A stretch of DNA of 64,000 nucleotides from an archaeon. Lineage in GTDB: Archaea; Nanobdellota; Nanobdellia; Woesearchaeales; SM23-78. Below, in pieces: positions 34,714 through 43,897 of this stretch. A program made the translations under genes and the position numbers. How positions within the stretch are numbered: position 1 is the first letter of the stretch; every line of letters starts with the position of its first letter. The stretch is taken from positions 10,988 through 74,987 of the forward strand of contig JAZDMG010000028.1 in the NCBI GenBank assembly GCA_043801165.1. Reading direction: 5' to 3'. The notes below the pieces were generated by a model. The model made no database searches. It was not told the origin of the DNA and saw nothing but the letters and a program-made list of their open reading frames with translations.

Positions 34714-35760
34714 ATGGAAATCTCAGACATCATAGCAGAAATAAGCCGCCTCAACCACAGAGGAATCGAATTGGCTGACAAAGCCATGTTCAAAGAAGCT
34801 GCTAACCAACATTCTAAGGCCGTGGATTTGGCAGCCGCCCAAATGCCAAAGATGAATCTAAACCCGGATTATTTCCTGTTTTCAATCTCAAGATTAGTAT
34901 ATGTCACTAGATCCAGTAGAATGGATTGTGCATCAACCATGCCTATGTTAGAAGGGGCACTCAAAATCACTGCTGATGACAGAGCAGCAATCAAGCCAGA
35001 GAATAGAACGTTCTTCGGAGAGGCCACCATCAAAGAAGAGATGGCGCTCCTGCGGAGATTCTTCCCCGCAAAAGGAGATGAGCTCAACGATTACCTGAAA
35101 TCACAGAACATGACCCAAAGAGTCATAGGCTTGTTCTCAGAAGCATCCAAAAACATAAACCGGCTTGAGATAGAAAGCCAACCATACAGAGACTCAAGGC
35201 TGCTGAGAGCCTACGGCCTCATGGCACCAATCAGCCTCAAGGTCGCAGAAAGGATGCCGAACAAGAAGGAAAAGGAACAGGAGATAAGAAAAGCAATCCA
35301 ATGGGCGGATCAGGAGCTGCAAGCAAGATTGAAGACAGGCGAAAACAAAGGCATGAACCTGGCCAACGCATATCACTCTCTGGGCTTGGCGCAAGCCACT
35401 GCCTTCAAAGAAGCAATCACCAGAGGCGATGGGAGCACATCATTATACGAGGCATGTATGACCTACTATAAGGCAAGAACAAATCTCATATTTGCTCAGG
35501 ATCTCGCATCGAAAGCCGATAATCATATGGTCGCTTCGGTCGTTGAACTAAGGATGGCTTGGCTAGAGCTGGATGCATGTAACCCGAACGGCGGGAAGAT
35601 AATGCGAGGCTTGATGGATTCTGTTTTCAAGGCGCAGGAAAATCCGAAATCAGCATGGGGGCCTCTTCTGCGCCAGGAGCTGCAGCCTCAGATGCATGAT
35701 GTCTGCCAGAAACTAGACAAGACATATCTCCAGAGATACCAGAACATGTATCGAGCATAG
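34714..35760 (+). CDS. Hypothetical alpha-helical protein
   Basis: A 348-aa ORF with no motif I recognised. Confidence 0.4.
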   Translation: MEISDIIAEISRLNHRGIELADKAMFKEAANQHSKAVDLAAAQMPKMNLNPDYFLFSISRLVYVTRSSRMDCASTMPMLEGALKITADDRAAIKPENRTFFGEATIKEEMALLRRFFPAKGDELNDYLKSQNMTQRVIGLFSEASKNINRLEIESQPYRDSRLLRAYGLMAPISLKVAERMPNKKEKEQEIRKAIQWADQELQARLKTGENKGMNLANAYHSLGLAQATAFKEAITRGDGSTSLYEACMTYYKARTNLIFAQDLASKADNHMVASVVELRMAWLELDACNPNGGKIMRGLMDSVFKAQENPKSAWGPLLRQELQPQMHDVCQKLDKTYLQRYQNMYRA

Positions 35761-35840
35761 TTATACCCGAGAAAAAAATAATAGCCCCGCCCAAATCCTG
35801 TTTTATCGACGAGAAAAAGACAAGTAGTTTATGGTCAATC

Positions 35841-36701
35841 TTATTTCGTTGCTGCATACTTGAAATTCACATCACGTTGTTCAGCTGGAAGTTGATACCC
35901 ACCGCATTCAAAGGGATAAGCAAGCACTCCGCTTGGAAAATCCGCATCAGGGCTATAGCATTTCCAGTAAAAGAATGAGCTTGGTTGGATCCAATGAAGA
36001 TAAGGATTTCCTTCTTTAACAGTCGGATTTATTGATGTATTTGATACTTTGAAACAAAAAGAAGCAAAAGTGTGTGTGCCAACACTGCCGGCATATCCAA
36101 TCAATTCTCCGCGTTTTACTGTAAATCCAATTAATGCTTTGCATGCAGATGCTTTGCCTTCTTTTGTTATGTAATCATCAAATGCAAAGAAAAGGTGTCC
36201 CTGAGCTTGGCTACTGTCATACAACTCTTCAGATTCACTACAATCTGGATTTTGATAGTGTCCAAGCAACAGTGGCGAGCTGTATAAATGATAAGTCTTA
36301 ATAATCATACCTGGCCAATCAGGACTGACAGACTCAAAGTATAACACCACATCATTAAATGGGGTGATTTTTTGTCCGTCTACAATCTTATATTCTGCAT
36401 TATTATTTTGAAAGCCTACTAATACCATATCAATAGGTGCAAGTAAAGGTGTTCCATGCGCTAGTTCGAATTCTATTCCACATTTAGTAGCATAAGGCTT
36501 CGAATATTTACTGCCACTTTTTGGGCCAAGCGTGATTATATTAGGGTCAGCATCGCCAGTATATGCTTCCGTATGCGTATTGATACCGACCATGCTGGAT
36601 GGCGGCGAGGTAATCACGGATGCACTCGTATTAGGCACTGGAATAGGTAGAGAAGGAGGGGTTTTGTTGAATATTTTTTCAAAAATTCTACTCGGATTCA
36701 C
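35841..36701 (-). CDS. LytM/M23-like peptidase-fold protein, possibly degenerate. The ORF starts at GTG. An upstream ATG (36765) with a signal anchor is in the +1 frame across an A10 tract
   Basis: LAHGTPLLAPIDMVLVG resembles the M23 block G.D...GTPV.A...G.V. VKRGELIGYAGSVGTHTF resembles the M23 block V..G..IG.VG.TG..TGPH. No HxH motif is seen. Removing one A from the A10 tract gives MKKKFIVLILILVFVIGIFYAVNPSRIFE in frame. Confidence 0.45.
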   Translation of the reverse strand: MNPSRIFEKIFNKTPPSLPIPVPNTSASVITSPPSSMVGINTHTEAYTGDADPNIITLGPKSGSKYSKPYATKCGIEFELAHGTPLLAPIDMVLVGFQNNNAEYKIVDGQKITPFNDVVLYFESVSPDWPGMIIKTYHLYSSPLLLGHYQNPDCSESEELYDSSQAQGHLFFAFDDYITKEGKASACKALIGFTVKRGELIGYAGSVGTHTFASFCFKVSNTSINPTVKEGNPYLHWIQPSSFFYWKCYSPDADFPSGVLAYPFECGGYQLPAEQRDVNFKYAATK

Positions 36702-37139
36702 GGCATAAAAGATGCCAATAACAAATACTAGAATTAGAATTAAAACTATGAATTTTTTTTTTCATAACATCTAACTTAATATTAGTGTTTATATATTTAC
36801 TTAAAAACGCGTAGTTTTATTTTAGACTTGGAATTCTTATTAGCCCCAATCTTTGACTTAAAAGTATAGTAGCCCCGCTCGGACTTTCGCCAGCCTTTTC
36901 TAAAAAAGGTTGTTTCGAACCGAGGTCCCAGGACATTCTCAGCCAGAACAGACGTCCACGGCTTCCAAAATCCCGGATGACTGGTCTAAAAACAGAGTTT
37001 TTGGACTTTCAAAAATCTCTGATTTTTGTTTGACCACTACACCACGGGGCTATAACGCAGATGTTGGAAGCTATGCTTTATAAATCTTTTTGGGCGAAAA
37101 ACAAAAAACTATAAATAAGCTCGGCCGTTTCTTTGGCAG

Positions 37140-39218
37140 ATGATCATACGTTCTCTGAGGATGCGGAACATACGCTCGTACATTGATGAGGCCATCAGCT
37201 TTCCAGAAGGCACCGTCCTCCTGTCAGGGGATATCGGCAGCGGAAAGACAACAATACTCTTGGCCATTGAATTCGCTGTCTTCGGGATAATGAAAGGGGT
37301 GCTCTCAGGAGGCGCCCTCCTACGCCACGGCGCCAACAGCGGCTCTGTGGAGCTCAGCCTAAGGATTGGAGAGCAGGAAGTGCTGATCAAGAGGACATTG
37401 AAAAGGACAGCTCTAGGAGTGGCCCAGGACTCCGGCAGCATAATGGTGAACGGCAAGCCATTCGAGGGCACTCCCCAGGAGATAAAATCAAAGGTGCTGG
37501 AGCTCATAGGCTATCCTGAATCGCTCCTTAACAAGTCAAAATCGCTCATATTCAGGTACACAGTGTTCACGCCGCAGGAAGAGATGAAACGCATACTCTT
37601 TGAGACCAAGGATGAGCGCCTTGACATACTGAGGCATCTGTTCAACATCGACAAGTATAAGCGCATAAGGGATAACGCAGGGCTCTATTCAAGAGAACTA
37701 AGGAGCAGGATAAACGCCCTCCAGGGGAAGCTTGAGGCGCTCCCAGCCAAGAGAAACGAGCTCAAGGCTTATGATTCTGAGATTGAAATCATAAAATCAT
37801 CGCTCCAGGAGCAGGAGAGCATCCTAAAGAAGAGTAAGACTGAGGTTGAAACTGCGAACAGAGCATATGAACTGCTGCAGAAAGAGCTTGAGCATATGCA
37901 TAGGATAGAGCGGGAATTCGCAGTAAAGAAGAGCGAACAGCTCTCGCTGGCGAAGCAGTTGGAGCGGAAAGAGGCAGAGATAGCAAGGACAGGCAAAGCC
38001 ATTGAGGAATCATTGAAGCTCCTTGAAGGATTTGACATCTCAAGGGCAGAGGATATCAGGCAGAAGACCCTGGAGAAGAAGCAGGAGCTAAGGGCGATAG
38101 AGCAAAAGCTCTCTGAGCTGACCTATAAGAGATCTGAGTTTGCCACAAGGAAAAAAGCTGCTGAGGAGCTCCTGAAGAAGATAAGCTCGCTTGATGAATG
38201 CCCGACCTGCCTGCAGAAAGTGACTCAGGAGCATCTTGACAGGATACATTCAAAGGAACAGGTGCTGATCAAGGCATGTGAGACCAACATTGAAAAGATT
38301 GATGAGATTGATAAAAGATTCTCTGGAAGGAAGGAATCTATCAACAGCGAGCTGGATCTCTTCTCAAAAGGGGAACGTGAGATCGAGGCGAAGAAAGCAA
38401 GATTTGAGTCCCTGGATGAGAAGCGCAGCCAGAAAGCACAGATGGAACATGAACTGATAGAGCTCAGGGAATCATTAACCAAGACAAACAAGGAGGTTGC
38501 TGCGCTGGCCGCCGCTCAAGATCAGAACAAAGACAAGAGAGAGTCCGCTGAAAAGGCAAAGAAAGAGCTTGATCGCCAAAAAGAAGGATCATATCTTATC
38601 GAAAAGGTAATTGTTGAGAGAAAGACCAAGCTTGAGACCATCAGCTCAGTGATGCAGAGACTGAAGAACGAGATCAAATCACTTGAGCATGATGAGGCAG
38701 GCCTGAATCATCTAAGGGACAACCGCGGCTGGATCGAAGATAGGTTCATCCCGCTGGCAGACCTGCTTGAGAAGAGCATCCTCGCAAGGATACATGGAGA
38801 GTTCAATTCATTCTTCCAGGAATGGTTTGATATACTGCTTGAAGAAGAGACGGTGAGCGTGAGGCTCGATGACTATTTCTCTCCAGTAATAGAGCAGAAC
38901 GGCTATGAGACCTGGCTGGAGAACCTATCCGGCGGTGAGAGGACCAGCATAGCGTTGGCATATAGGCTGGCGCTGAACAAGGTGATAAATGACTTCCTGA
39001 ACAGCATAAGGACCAAAGGCCTCATAATACTTGATGAGCCGACAGAAGGGTTTTCATCAGAGCAGCTCGAGAAAGTCAGGGAGGTCCTGAACCAGGCAAA
39101 CATGAAGCAGACCATCATAGTCAGCCACGAAGCCAAGATGGAAAGCTTCGTAGACCACATAATAAGAATCTCAAAGCAAGGCCACATAAGCAAGGTTGCC
39201 AATGCCTGTCAGCCCTAG
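37140..39218 (+). CDS. rad50: Rad50/SbcC-family ATPase with coiled coil and CPTC zinc hook
   Basis: The N-terminus reads MIIRSLRMRNIRSY...GDIGSGKTTIL, giving the Walker A. The central coiled coil carries LDECPTCLQKV. The signature LSGGERTSIALAYRLAL and the Walker B/D-loop LIILDEPTEGF are present. Confidence 0.75.
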   Translation: MIIRSLRMRNIRSYIDEAISFPEGTVLLSGDIGSGKTTILLAIEFAVFGIMKGVLSGGALLRHGANSGSVELSLRIGEQEVLIKRTLKRTALGVAQDSGSIMVNGKPFEGTPQEIKSKVLELIGYPESLLNKSKSLIFRYTVFTPQEEMKRILFETKDERLDILRHLFNIDKYKRIRDNAGLYSRELRSRINALQGKLEALPAKRNELKAYDSEIEIIKSSLQEQESILKKSKTEVETANRAYELLQKELEHMHRIEREFAVKKSEQLSLAKQLERKEAEIARTGKAIEESLKLLEGFDISRAEDIRQKTLEKKQELRAIEQKLSELTYKRSEFATRKKAAEELLKKISSLDECPTCLQKVTQEHLDRIHSKEQVLIKACETNIEKIDEIDKRFSGRKESINSELDLFSKGEREIEAKKARFESLDEKRSQKAQMEHELIELRESLTKTNKEVAALAAAQDQNKDKRESAEKAKKELDRQKEGSYLIEKVIVERKTKLETISSVMQRLKNEIKSLEHDEAGLNHLRDNRGWIEDRFIPLADLLEKSILARIHGEFNSFFQEWFDILLEEETVSVRLDDYFSPVIEQNGYETWLENLSGGERTSIALAYRLALNKVINDFLNSIRTKGLIILDEPTEGFSSEQLEKVREVLNQANMKQTIIVSHEAKMESFVDHIIRISKQGHISKVANACQP

Positions 39219-39282
39219 ACTTATCGGCAACAAAAGATTTAAATACTCTTCTTGCAACAAATAGCTCAACAAAAACATCATA

Positions 39283-40419
39283 TTGATGGGAGATAAGGTG
39301 GCATTGATGAGCAAAGTAAGATTAGTATCGATTTTTCTGATAATATTTTTATTGGCGGCTACAAACGCACTTGCGGTAAGCGTAGTGCTGAAATCGCCTT
39401 CAAACAACTCAAAGATATCAACATCAAGACAGGATTTCATCTTCAGCTTTGACAATTACCAGGACATCTTGAACTGCACGTTGTTCATTGACAGCCAGCC
39501 AAAGAGAGTCATGAACAGCCTCATCAAGGTTCAGGATAATAAGATAGCAACAGAACTTGAAGATGGGGAGCATGCATGGTTCATACGTTGCTACGATTCA
39601 AGCAGCCTTGAGATTAATTCTGAGAGCAGGGCGCTTACGGTCGGATTGACAATGATAACCAAAGAAGGCTATGAAACATTATACAATAACAACGGATTCA
39701 GGAGCTACCTGATAACACTTTTCCAAGGTCAGAAGCCAATAACCCTGCCGCCAATGAAAGGAGGTGAGGACATCAGGCTAAAGATCAATAGCGACATACA
39801 TTACATAGACGTCCTGAAGATGGGAGCCACGACCAACTCCAGTTTCGTGGAGATTAGAGACAGGAGCAATGAGAAGAAATACAGATTGCTACTGACTGAG
39901 AGCGTGAATCTTGATCTTGACAATGATAAAAAAATCGATGCAACCATCAAGATTGTTGATATCAAGAGAGGAGTCGACGCATACTTCATAGTTACGCCCT
40001 ACCCTGAGGGACAGGCTCAGATAACAACGCCGGAGACATCAGAACCGGCAACAGAAACAAATGTTTCTTCAGACCAAACCACAACAATCACACCAGATCA
40101 GGGCCAGGCAAATGAAGAGGAGACCGACAGCCAGGAGCCACAGCAGACAGAACAACCTGCGGAGCAATCCTCTGAAGATCTGGAGAACAGCACACCAGCA
40201 ATCATAATAGCAATTATCGTTGCGGCGATAATAATCGCGGCAGTGGTAATATTTTCCAGCCGCAAAAAATGTAAAAAACCTGGAAAGAAAGAAGGCCGAA
40301 AAACACAAGAGCACAAACCAGCTCCTGATCAAGAGCATGAAACCAATGCTCTTGAGAGCAAAAAAGACGAAGAAGAGAAGTTTGATATAATAAAAAGCGC
40401 AGGAAAGAGAAAAAGATGA
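39283..40419 (+). CDS. Secreted surface protein, paralogue A: signal peptide, conserved domain of about 90 aa, T/E/Q-rich linker and C-terminal TM anchor
   Basis: The signal reads IFLIIFLLAATNALA. The anchor reads AIIIAIIVAAIIIAAVVIF. The N-domain is homologous to the next gene. Confidence 0.45.
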   Translation: MMGDKVALMSKVRLVSIFLIIFLLAATNALAVSVVLKSPSNNSKISTSRQDFIFSFDNYQDILNCTLFIDSQPKRVMNSLIKVQDNKIATELEDGEHAWFIRCYDSSSLEINSESRALTVGLTMITKEGYETLYNNNGFRSYLITLFQGQKPITLPPMKGGEDIRLKINSDIHYIDVLKMGATTNSSFVEIRDRSNEKKYRLLLTESVNLDLDNDKKIDATIKIVDIKRGVDAYFIVTPYPEGQAQITTPETSEPATETNVSSDQTTTITPDQGQANEEETDSQEPQQTEQPAEQSSEDLENSTPAIIIAIIVAAIIIAAVVIFSSRKKCKKPGKKEGRKTQEHKPAPDQEHETNALESKKDEEEKFDIIKSAGKRKR

Positions 40420-41153
40420 AAAAAAGAACAAGAAACGAAGTTTTTTTCGTACTCGTTGTGCTGGGACTAATACTTCTACTGACCGACAGGGATATATCTG
40501 TGAATGGCAGGGCAATCCAGGACATACAAGGGATAACCCTTGTTTCACCATCAGATAACACCCAGACCAAGAACGGCAACATCTTCTTCACATTCAAATA
40601 CAATCCCGAGACTAGTATGAAGAGCTGTTCGTTGATGATTGATGAGAAACCGGCTCGGATCATGGATACATTGCTCTCAGCATACAGCACCAGGATGCAG
40701 GCAGAGTTGGCTCCTGGAGAATATCATTGGGGTATAGCATGCATAGACTCTGATGATTTTGAGATTAAATCAGAAAGAAGAAACATCATCATCCTGCCTG
40801 AGGGAGAAAATCCTATCCAAGTCGATTATTTCTTCAACAAGCCAGGGACGAAATATACTTTCGAGCTAAAAGAAAATTTGGACTTGAACCTTGAGAACCT
40901 GGTGCCAAACGACGTCATCATCGCAAAAAGAGACAAGAGCTCATACGAGACAACAGTGCTCAGGATCAACCAGGATTACTCAAAGGACACCGATTCGATC
41001 GAGCTCATGATAATGCCTGGCACAAAAAGGGTCAAGATTAACAGGGGCGAATCACTGAAGGTTGATTTCAACAACGACGGCCTTTCGGATGTCACCTTAA
41101 CGCTCGTGAAAGTCTCATATAAAAGAGCATTCTTGAACATCAGGACTGACTGA
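40416..41153 (+). CDS. Secreted protein, paralogue B of the upstream gene (4-nt overlap)
   Basis: The signal reads VFFVLVVLGLILLL. The shared pattern L.SPS.N.......F.F.......C.L.ID..P...M......EL..GE..W.I.C.DS...EI.SE.R is present. Confidence 0.45.
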   Translation: MKKRTRNEVFFVLVVLGLILLLTDRDISVNGRAIQDIQGITLVSPSDNTQTKNGNIFFTFKYNPETSMKSCSLMIDEKPARIMDTLLSAYSTRMQAELAPGEYHWGIACIDSDDFEIKSERRNIIILPEGENPIQVDYFFNKPGTKYTFELKENLDLNLENLVPNDVIIAKRDKSSYETTVLRINQDYSKDTDSIELMIMPGTKRVKINRGESLKVDFNNDGLSDVTLTLVKVSYKRAFLNIRTD

Positions 41154-41303
41154 AAAAATAAAGCTATATAAAGGAGCGATTGATTCTTCGAATAAAGCTG
41201 TATTATGGGGCTGTAGTATCACCCTTAGAACCTAATTCTGGCTTATACAAACAATGCAGTACAAATGCATTACAAAGTATAAAAATGCTGACCTCCACAC
41301 GGA

Positions 41304-41732
41304 ATGAGAGGAGGTTGGAAGATGATAGACCCATTTGAAAGGACGAGATATATCAAAAACATTGTGCAGATGATATATCCTAAAATATCTCATGAGGAGC
41401 TGAATACCTGCATTCAAAGGATAGCAAAGCACAAGTATAGGAAGCAGATGAAGCTGTCTGAGAAAGAGAGCGTCATATGTGATTTGCTGCTTCAACACCA
41501 GATAAAGCCAGCTACAGCGTATCTCTGGTACAAGGTCCGTAACCTTCCGGCTTATTTACAGCAAGAGATCAGAGACCGAAAGCTGAGCATGACAGAAGCT
41601 TTCCAGAAGAACCTTGAAAGCAACAAGCCAATCCAGGTGCTGGGTGAAGAGCTTGGCAAGGAGATCCAGGAATACGTGAATGAACTGGCCAAGAGAGACT
41701 TCTTGAGGGGTGATGACTATGCAATTCAATGA
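41304..41732 (+). CDS. Hypothetical protein upstream of and overlapping the integrase. Possibly an excisionase or regulator-like protein
   Basis: A 142-aa ORF that overlaps the integrase start by 23 nt. Confidence 0.3.
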   Translation: MRGGWKMIDPFERTRYIKNIVQMIYPKISHEELNTCIQRIAKHKYRKQMKLSEKESVICDLLLQHQIKPATAYLWYKVRNLPAYLQQEIRDRKLSMTEAFQKNLESNKPIQVLGEELGKEIQEYVNELAKRDFLRGDDYAIQ

Positions 41733-42651
41733 TCAGGCTCCTGAAGAGCTGTATTCTCAGATAAAAGACAATAAGATGTCTCAAAGGCAGAAAAGATTCA
41801 TCATACAAGCTTTGAAAGAGCAAGGTTTCAAGGTCAAGAAGCAGCAAAAGAAATGGGTCCAGAGAAATAGAGGTAAGCTTCCCTTCAAACCGTCTGACCT
41901 GCCAAGAATCTTTGAGAACATGGACAATCTTAACGTCAGAATGGCCTCATTGGTCGCCCTTGTGACCGGCACAAGGAGGGCTGAGACTGTTGAGATCCTA
42001 AAGAAGAACATTGACCTTGAAGAATGCCGGATTAGGCTTGAGATAACCAAGAAAGGAGTGCCCCAAGACGTCTACTTCCCACAGTCATTCGCGCCCCTCT
42101 TACGGAAATGGTGCCATTACACCAGGGATAGCCCTTTTTTGCTGCCTCACAGGCTAACACCTAACAAGCCCATATGCCTTGCCTCGCTCAATTCTGGGCT
42201 TTCTAAGGCCCTAAAAAAGGCAGGGATGGCAGAAGCCATGTACGTCAAGGAAAACGGGCATACGGTCCAGAAATACGGCTTTCATAGCTTCAGGAAGTTC
42301 TTCTGCAGTATGCTCGTCAACAACGGGGTAAAGCCAGAGGTGGCAAGGATCCTTATGAGGCACGAAAAGGTAGAGCTGACTTTGAAGGTTTACACCCACT
42401 TAGGCAGAAAGACCCTAAACCAGGCCATGGAAAGGATAGACCCAATGTCAAGTTTTGGACTCAAAGAACCAAGACAACAAGACACCCCAAAAACACCCCA
42501 AATAGGCCAACAATTCGCAAACCAGAGCATACTGCTCTTCAACGACTACAGGAATGGAAAGATAAACAAGGAGGAGTATGAACAGAGCAAACAGGAATTA
42601 ATAAGTTTACAAAAAGTGTTTGATAATCACACCAATAATGAAATTCAATAG
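41710..42651 (+). CDS. Tyrosine recombinase / phage-type integrase
   Basis: The C-terminal catalytic box HSFRKFFCSMLVNNGVKPEVARILMRHEKVELTLKVYTH gives the R..H..R..Y pattern. The N-terminal segment LVALVTGTRRAE is present. Confidence 0.8.
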   Translation: MMTMQFNDQAPEELYSQIKDNKMSQRQKRFIIQALKEQGFKVKKQQKKWVQRNRGKLPFKPSDLPRIFENMDNLNVRMASLVALVTGTRRAETVEILKKNIDLEECRIRLEITKKGVPQDVYFPQSFAPLLRKWCHYTRDSPFLLPHRLTPNKPICLASLNSGLSKALKKAGMAEAMYVKENGHTVQKYGFHSFRKFFCSMLVNNGVKPEVARILMRHEKVELTLKVYTHLGRKTLNQAMERIDPMSSFGLKEPRQQDTPKTPQIGQQFANQSILLFNDYRNGKINKEEYEQSKQELISLQKVFDNHTNNEIQ

Positions 42652-42659
42652 CGAATAGG

Positions 42660-43187
42660 TTAAAATTTATCTGGAAAAATAATTTTGTGATTATCAAATA
42701 ATGGATCCTTTGGAACATTCATAGCCTTGTACATCTCGCTTAATAAAAATATTATTGAGAAAGAAGCGACGAAAAAAGTGATTTGAGGGTATGCTGGTTT
42801 GTTGTCTTTTGAAAGTATATCACGCATTTTCTTATCAAGAGAGATATCGCCTAAAGTAAAAAACCTATCCATGGTTTTCTTAGGTATCGTGTCTTTTTTT
42901 ATAATACCGTGAGCAAAGTCATTTCTAATTTTATTTACCAGGATTATCCTATTATATAATGTTTTTCTATCTTCAAAAAAACCTAAAGAATCAAGGAGTC
43001 TAACTTTACTCATAAAAGATTTTAAATGTTCGTTCTCAAAAATCACTTTTGAATTTTTAAAATATTTTTCAATAATCTTATCAATCAAGTATTCTATATT
43101 CAAGTGAAGAAATAAAACATGAAGTCTAATATCATCAATTTTTCTCAACTCTGCAACAACATCAGTGTAATATGCCCTGAAATCCAT
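42660..43187 (-). CDS. HEPN-like (Abi / DUF4145-like) protein with Rx4H motif (RNDFAHG)
   Basis: NKIRNDFAHG matches the HEPN Rx4-6H signature. It is the second gene of a 2-gene minus-strand pair in an AT-rich island. Confidence 0.4.
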   Translation of the reverse strand: MDFRAYYTDVVAELRKIDDIRLHVLFLHLNIEYLIDKIIEKYFKNSKVIFENEHLKSFMSKVRLLDSLGFFEDRKTLYNRIILVNKIRNDFAHGIIKKDTIPKKTMDRFFTLGDISLDKKMRDILSKDNKPAYPQITFFVASFSIIFLLSEMYKAMNVPKDPLFDNHKIIFPDKF

Positions 43188-43200
43188 TCACAATCCCTCG

Positions 43201-43659
43201 CTATTGTTTTTCAAATTCGCGTATATACTCCTTAGTTCTCTTTAAAGTATATCTGGCAAGTTCCAAGCTTTTTTTTATTTCTTTGATATCTTCCTCGTGC
43301 TCAGGTAACAACTTTTGCAATTCTGACAAACTTCTTTCTGCCAGGATGTCATTAATTTTTATTTTCCAAAATAGGATGCCTTGCTTCCTTCTTTTTGCTG
43401 CTCTTTTCACAGATTGACTTAGTGAAGCTGCTGCTCTTTGCAGAGGGGCGGATTCAAATTGTTCAGTGGGTTGATAAATTATTCTTCCGTACTCATCTGC
43501 TGTGCAGATTAAAGAGCCGTTATTGACACATAAACTTTTAGTATCCCACTTCAAGTATTTTAGAGCTTTTGAAGGTACAGCGAGAGCATAACTGGCTTTA
43601 GAAGGGTCTTTATGTGGTTTGAATTGGAGTTTTAGTTTTCTTTTGTATAACTCGAACAT
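43201..43659 (-). CDS. Hypothetical protein, upstream partner of the HEPN-like gene (13-nt gap)
   Basis: A 152-aa ORF. The N-terminal region may form a beta-barrel-like DNA-binding fold (AbrB-like?). This is uncertain. Confidence 0.3.
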   Translation of the reverse strand: MFELYKRKLKLQFKPHKDPSKASYALAVPSKALKYLKWDTKSLCVNNGSLICTADEYGRIIYQPTEQFESAPLQRAAASLSQSVKRAAKRRKQGILFWKIKINDILAERSLSELQKLLPEHEEDIKEIKKSLELARYTLKRTKEYIREFEKQ

Positions 43660-43753
43660 AATATTAGGTAATACTAAGCCGTATATAAAATTTCCCTATC
43701 GGGAAGAAAAAAGTCCCGATTGCGATATAAACACGTAGTAATATCGGTTTATC

Positions 43754-43897
43754 ATGCAAGAGATAATAACCTTCAAAATCAGCAAAGAGATAAAAAAAGA
43801 AATTCTTCAGAGGGCAAAAGAAGAAGAAAGAAATCTTTCTGAGCTCTGTCGATTATTAATAAAAAATCATCTCAGAGATAAAAATGGCAAAAAGTAG
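43754..43897 (+). CDS. Small ribbon-helix-helix (CopG-like) protein of about 47 aa. It is not in the ORF track
   Basis: MQEIITFKISKEIKKEILQRAKEEERNLSELCRLLIKNHLRDKNGKK gives a beta-strand then two helices. It overlaps the next ORF by 14 nt. Confidence 0.4.
   Translation: MQEIITFKISKEIKKEILQRAKEEERNLSELCRLLIKNHLRDKNGKK

Noticed and set aside
36960-37030. C/D-box sRNA (ATGAC ... CTGA)
   Set aside because: The C box is imperfect (ATGAC rather than RUGAUGA) and no C'/D' pair was found. Evidence is insufficient.
36900-37060. SRP RNA (7S) or RNase P RNA in the rad50 upstream region
   Set aside because: AGGTCCCAGGAC...CAGCCAGAACAG loosely resembles the SRP helix-8 sequence, but the conserved GGAA tetraloop and AGCAG symmetric-loop motif are not present. 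No CR-I or CR-V RNase P blocks are seen.
37109-37507. 132-aa minus-strand ORF overlapping the rad50 start
   Set aside because: It overlaps the well-supported Rad50 N-terminus (Walker A) and has no features of its own.
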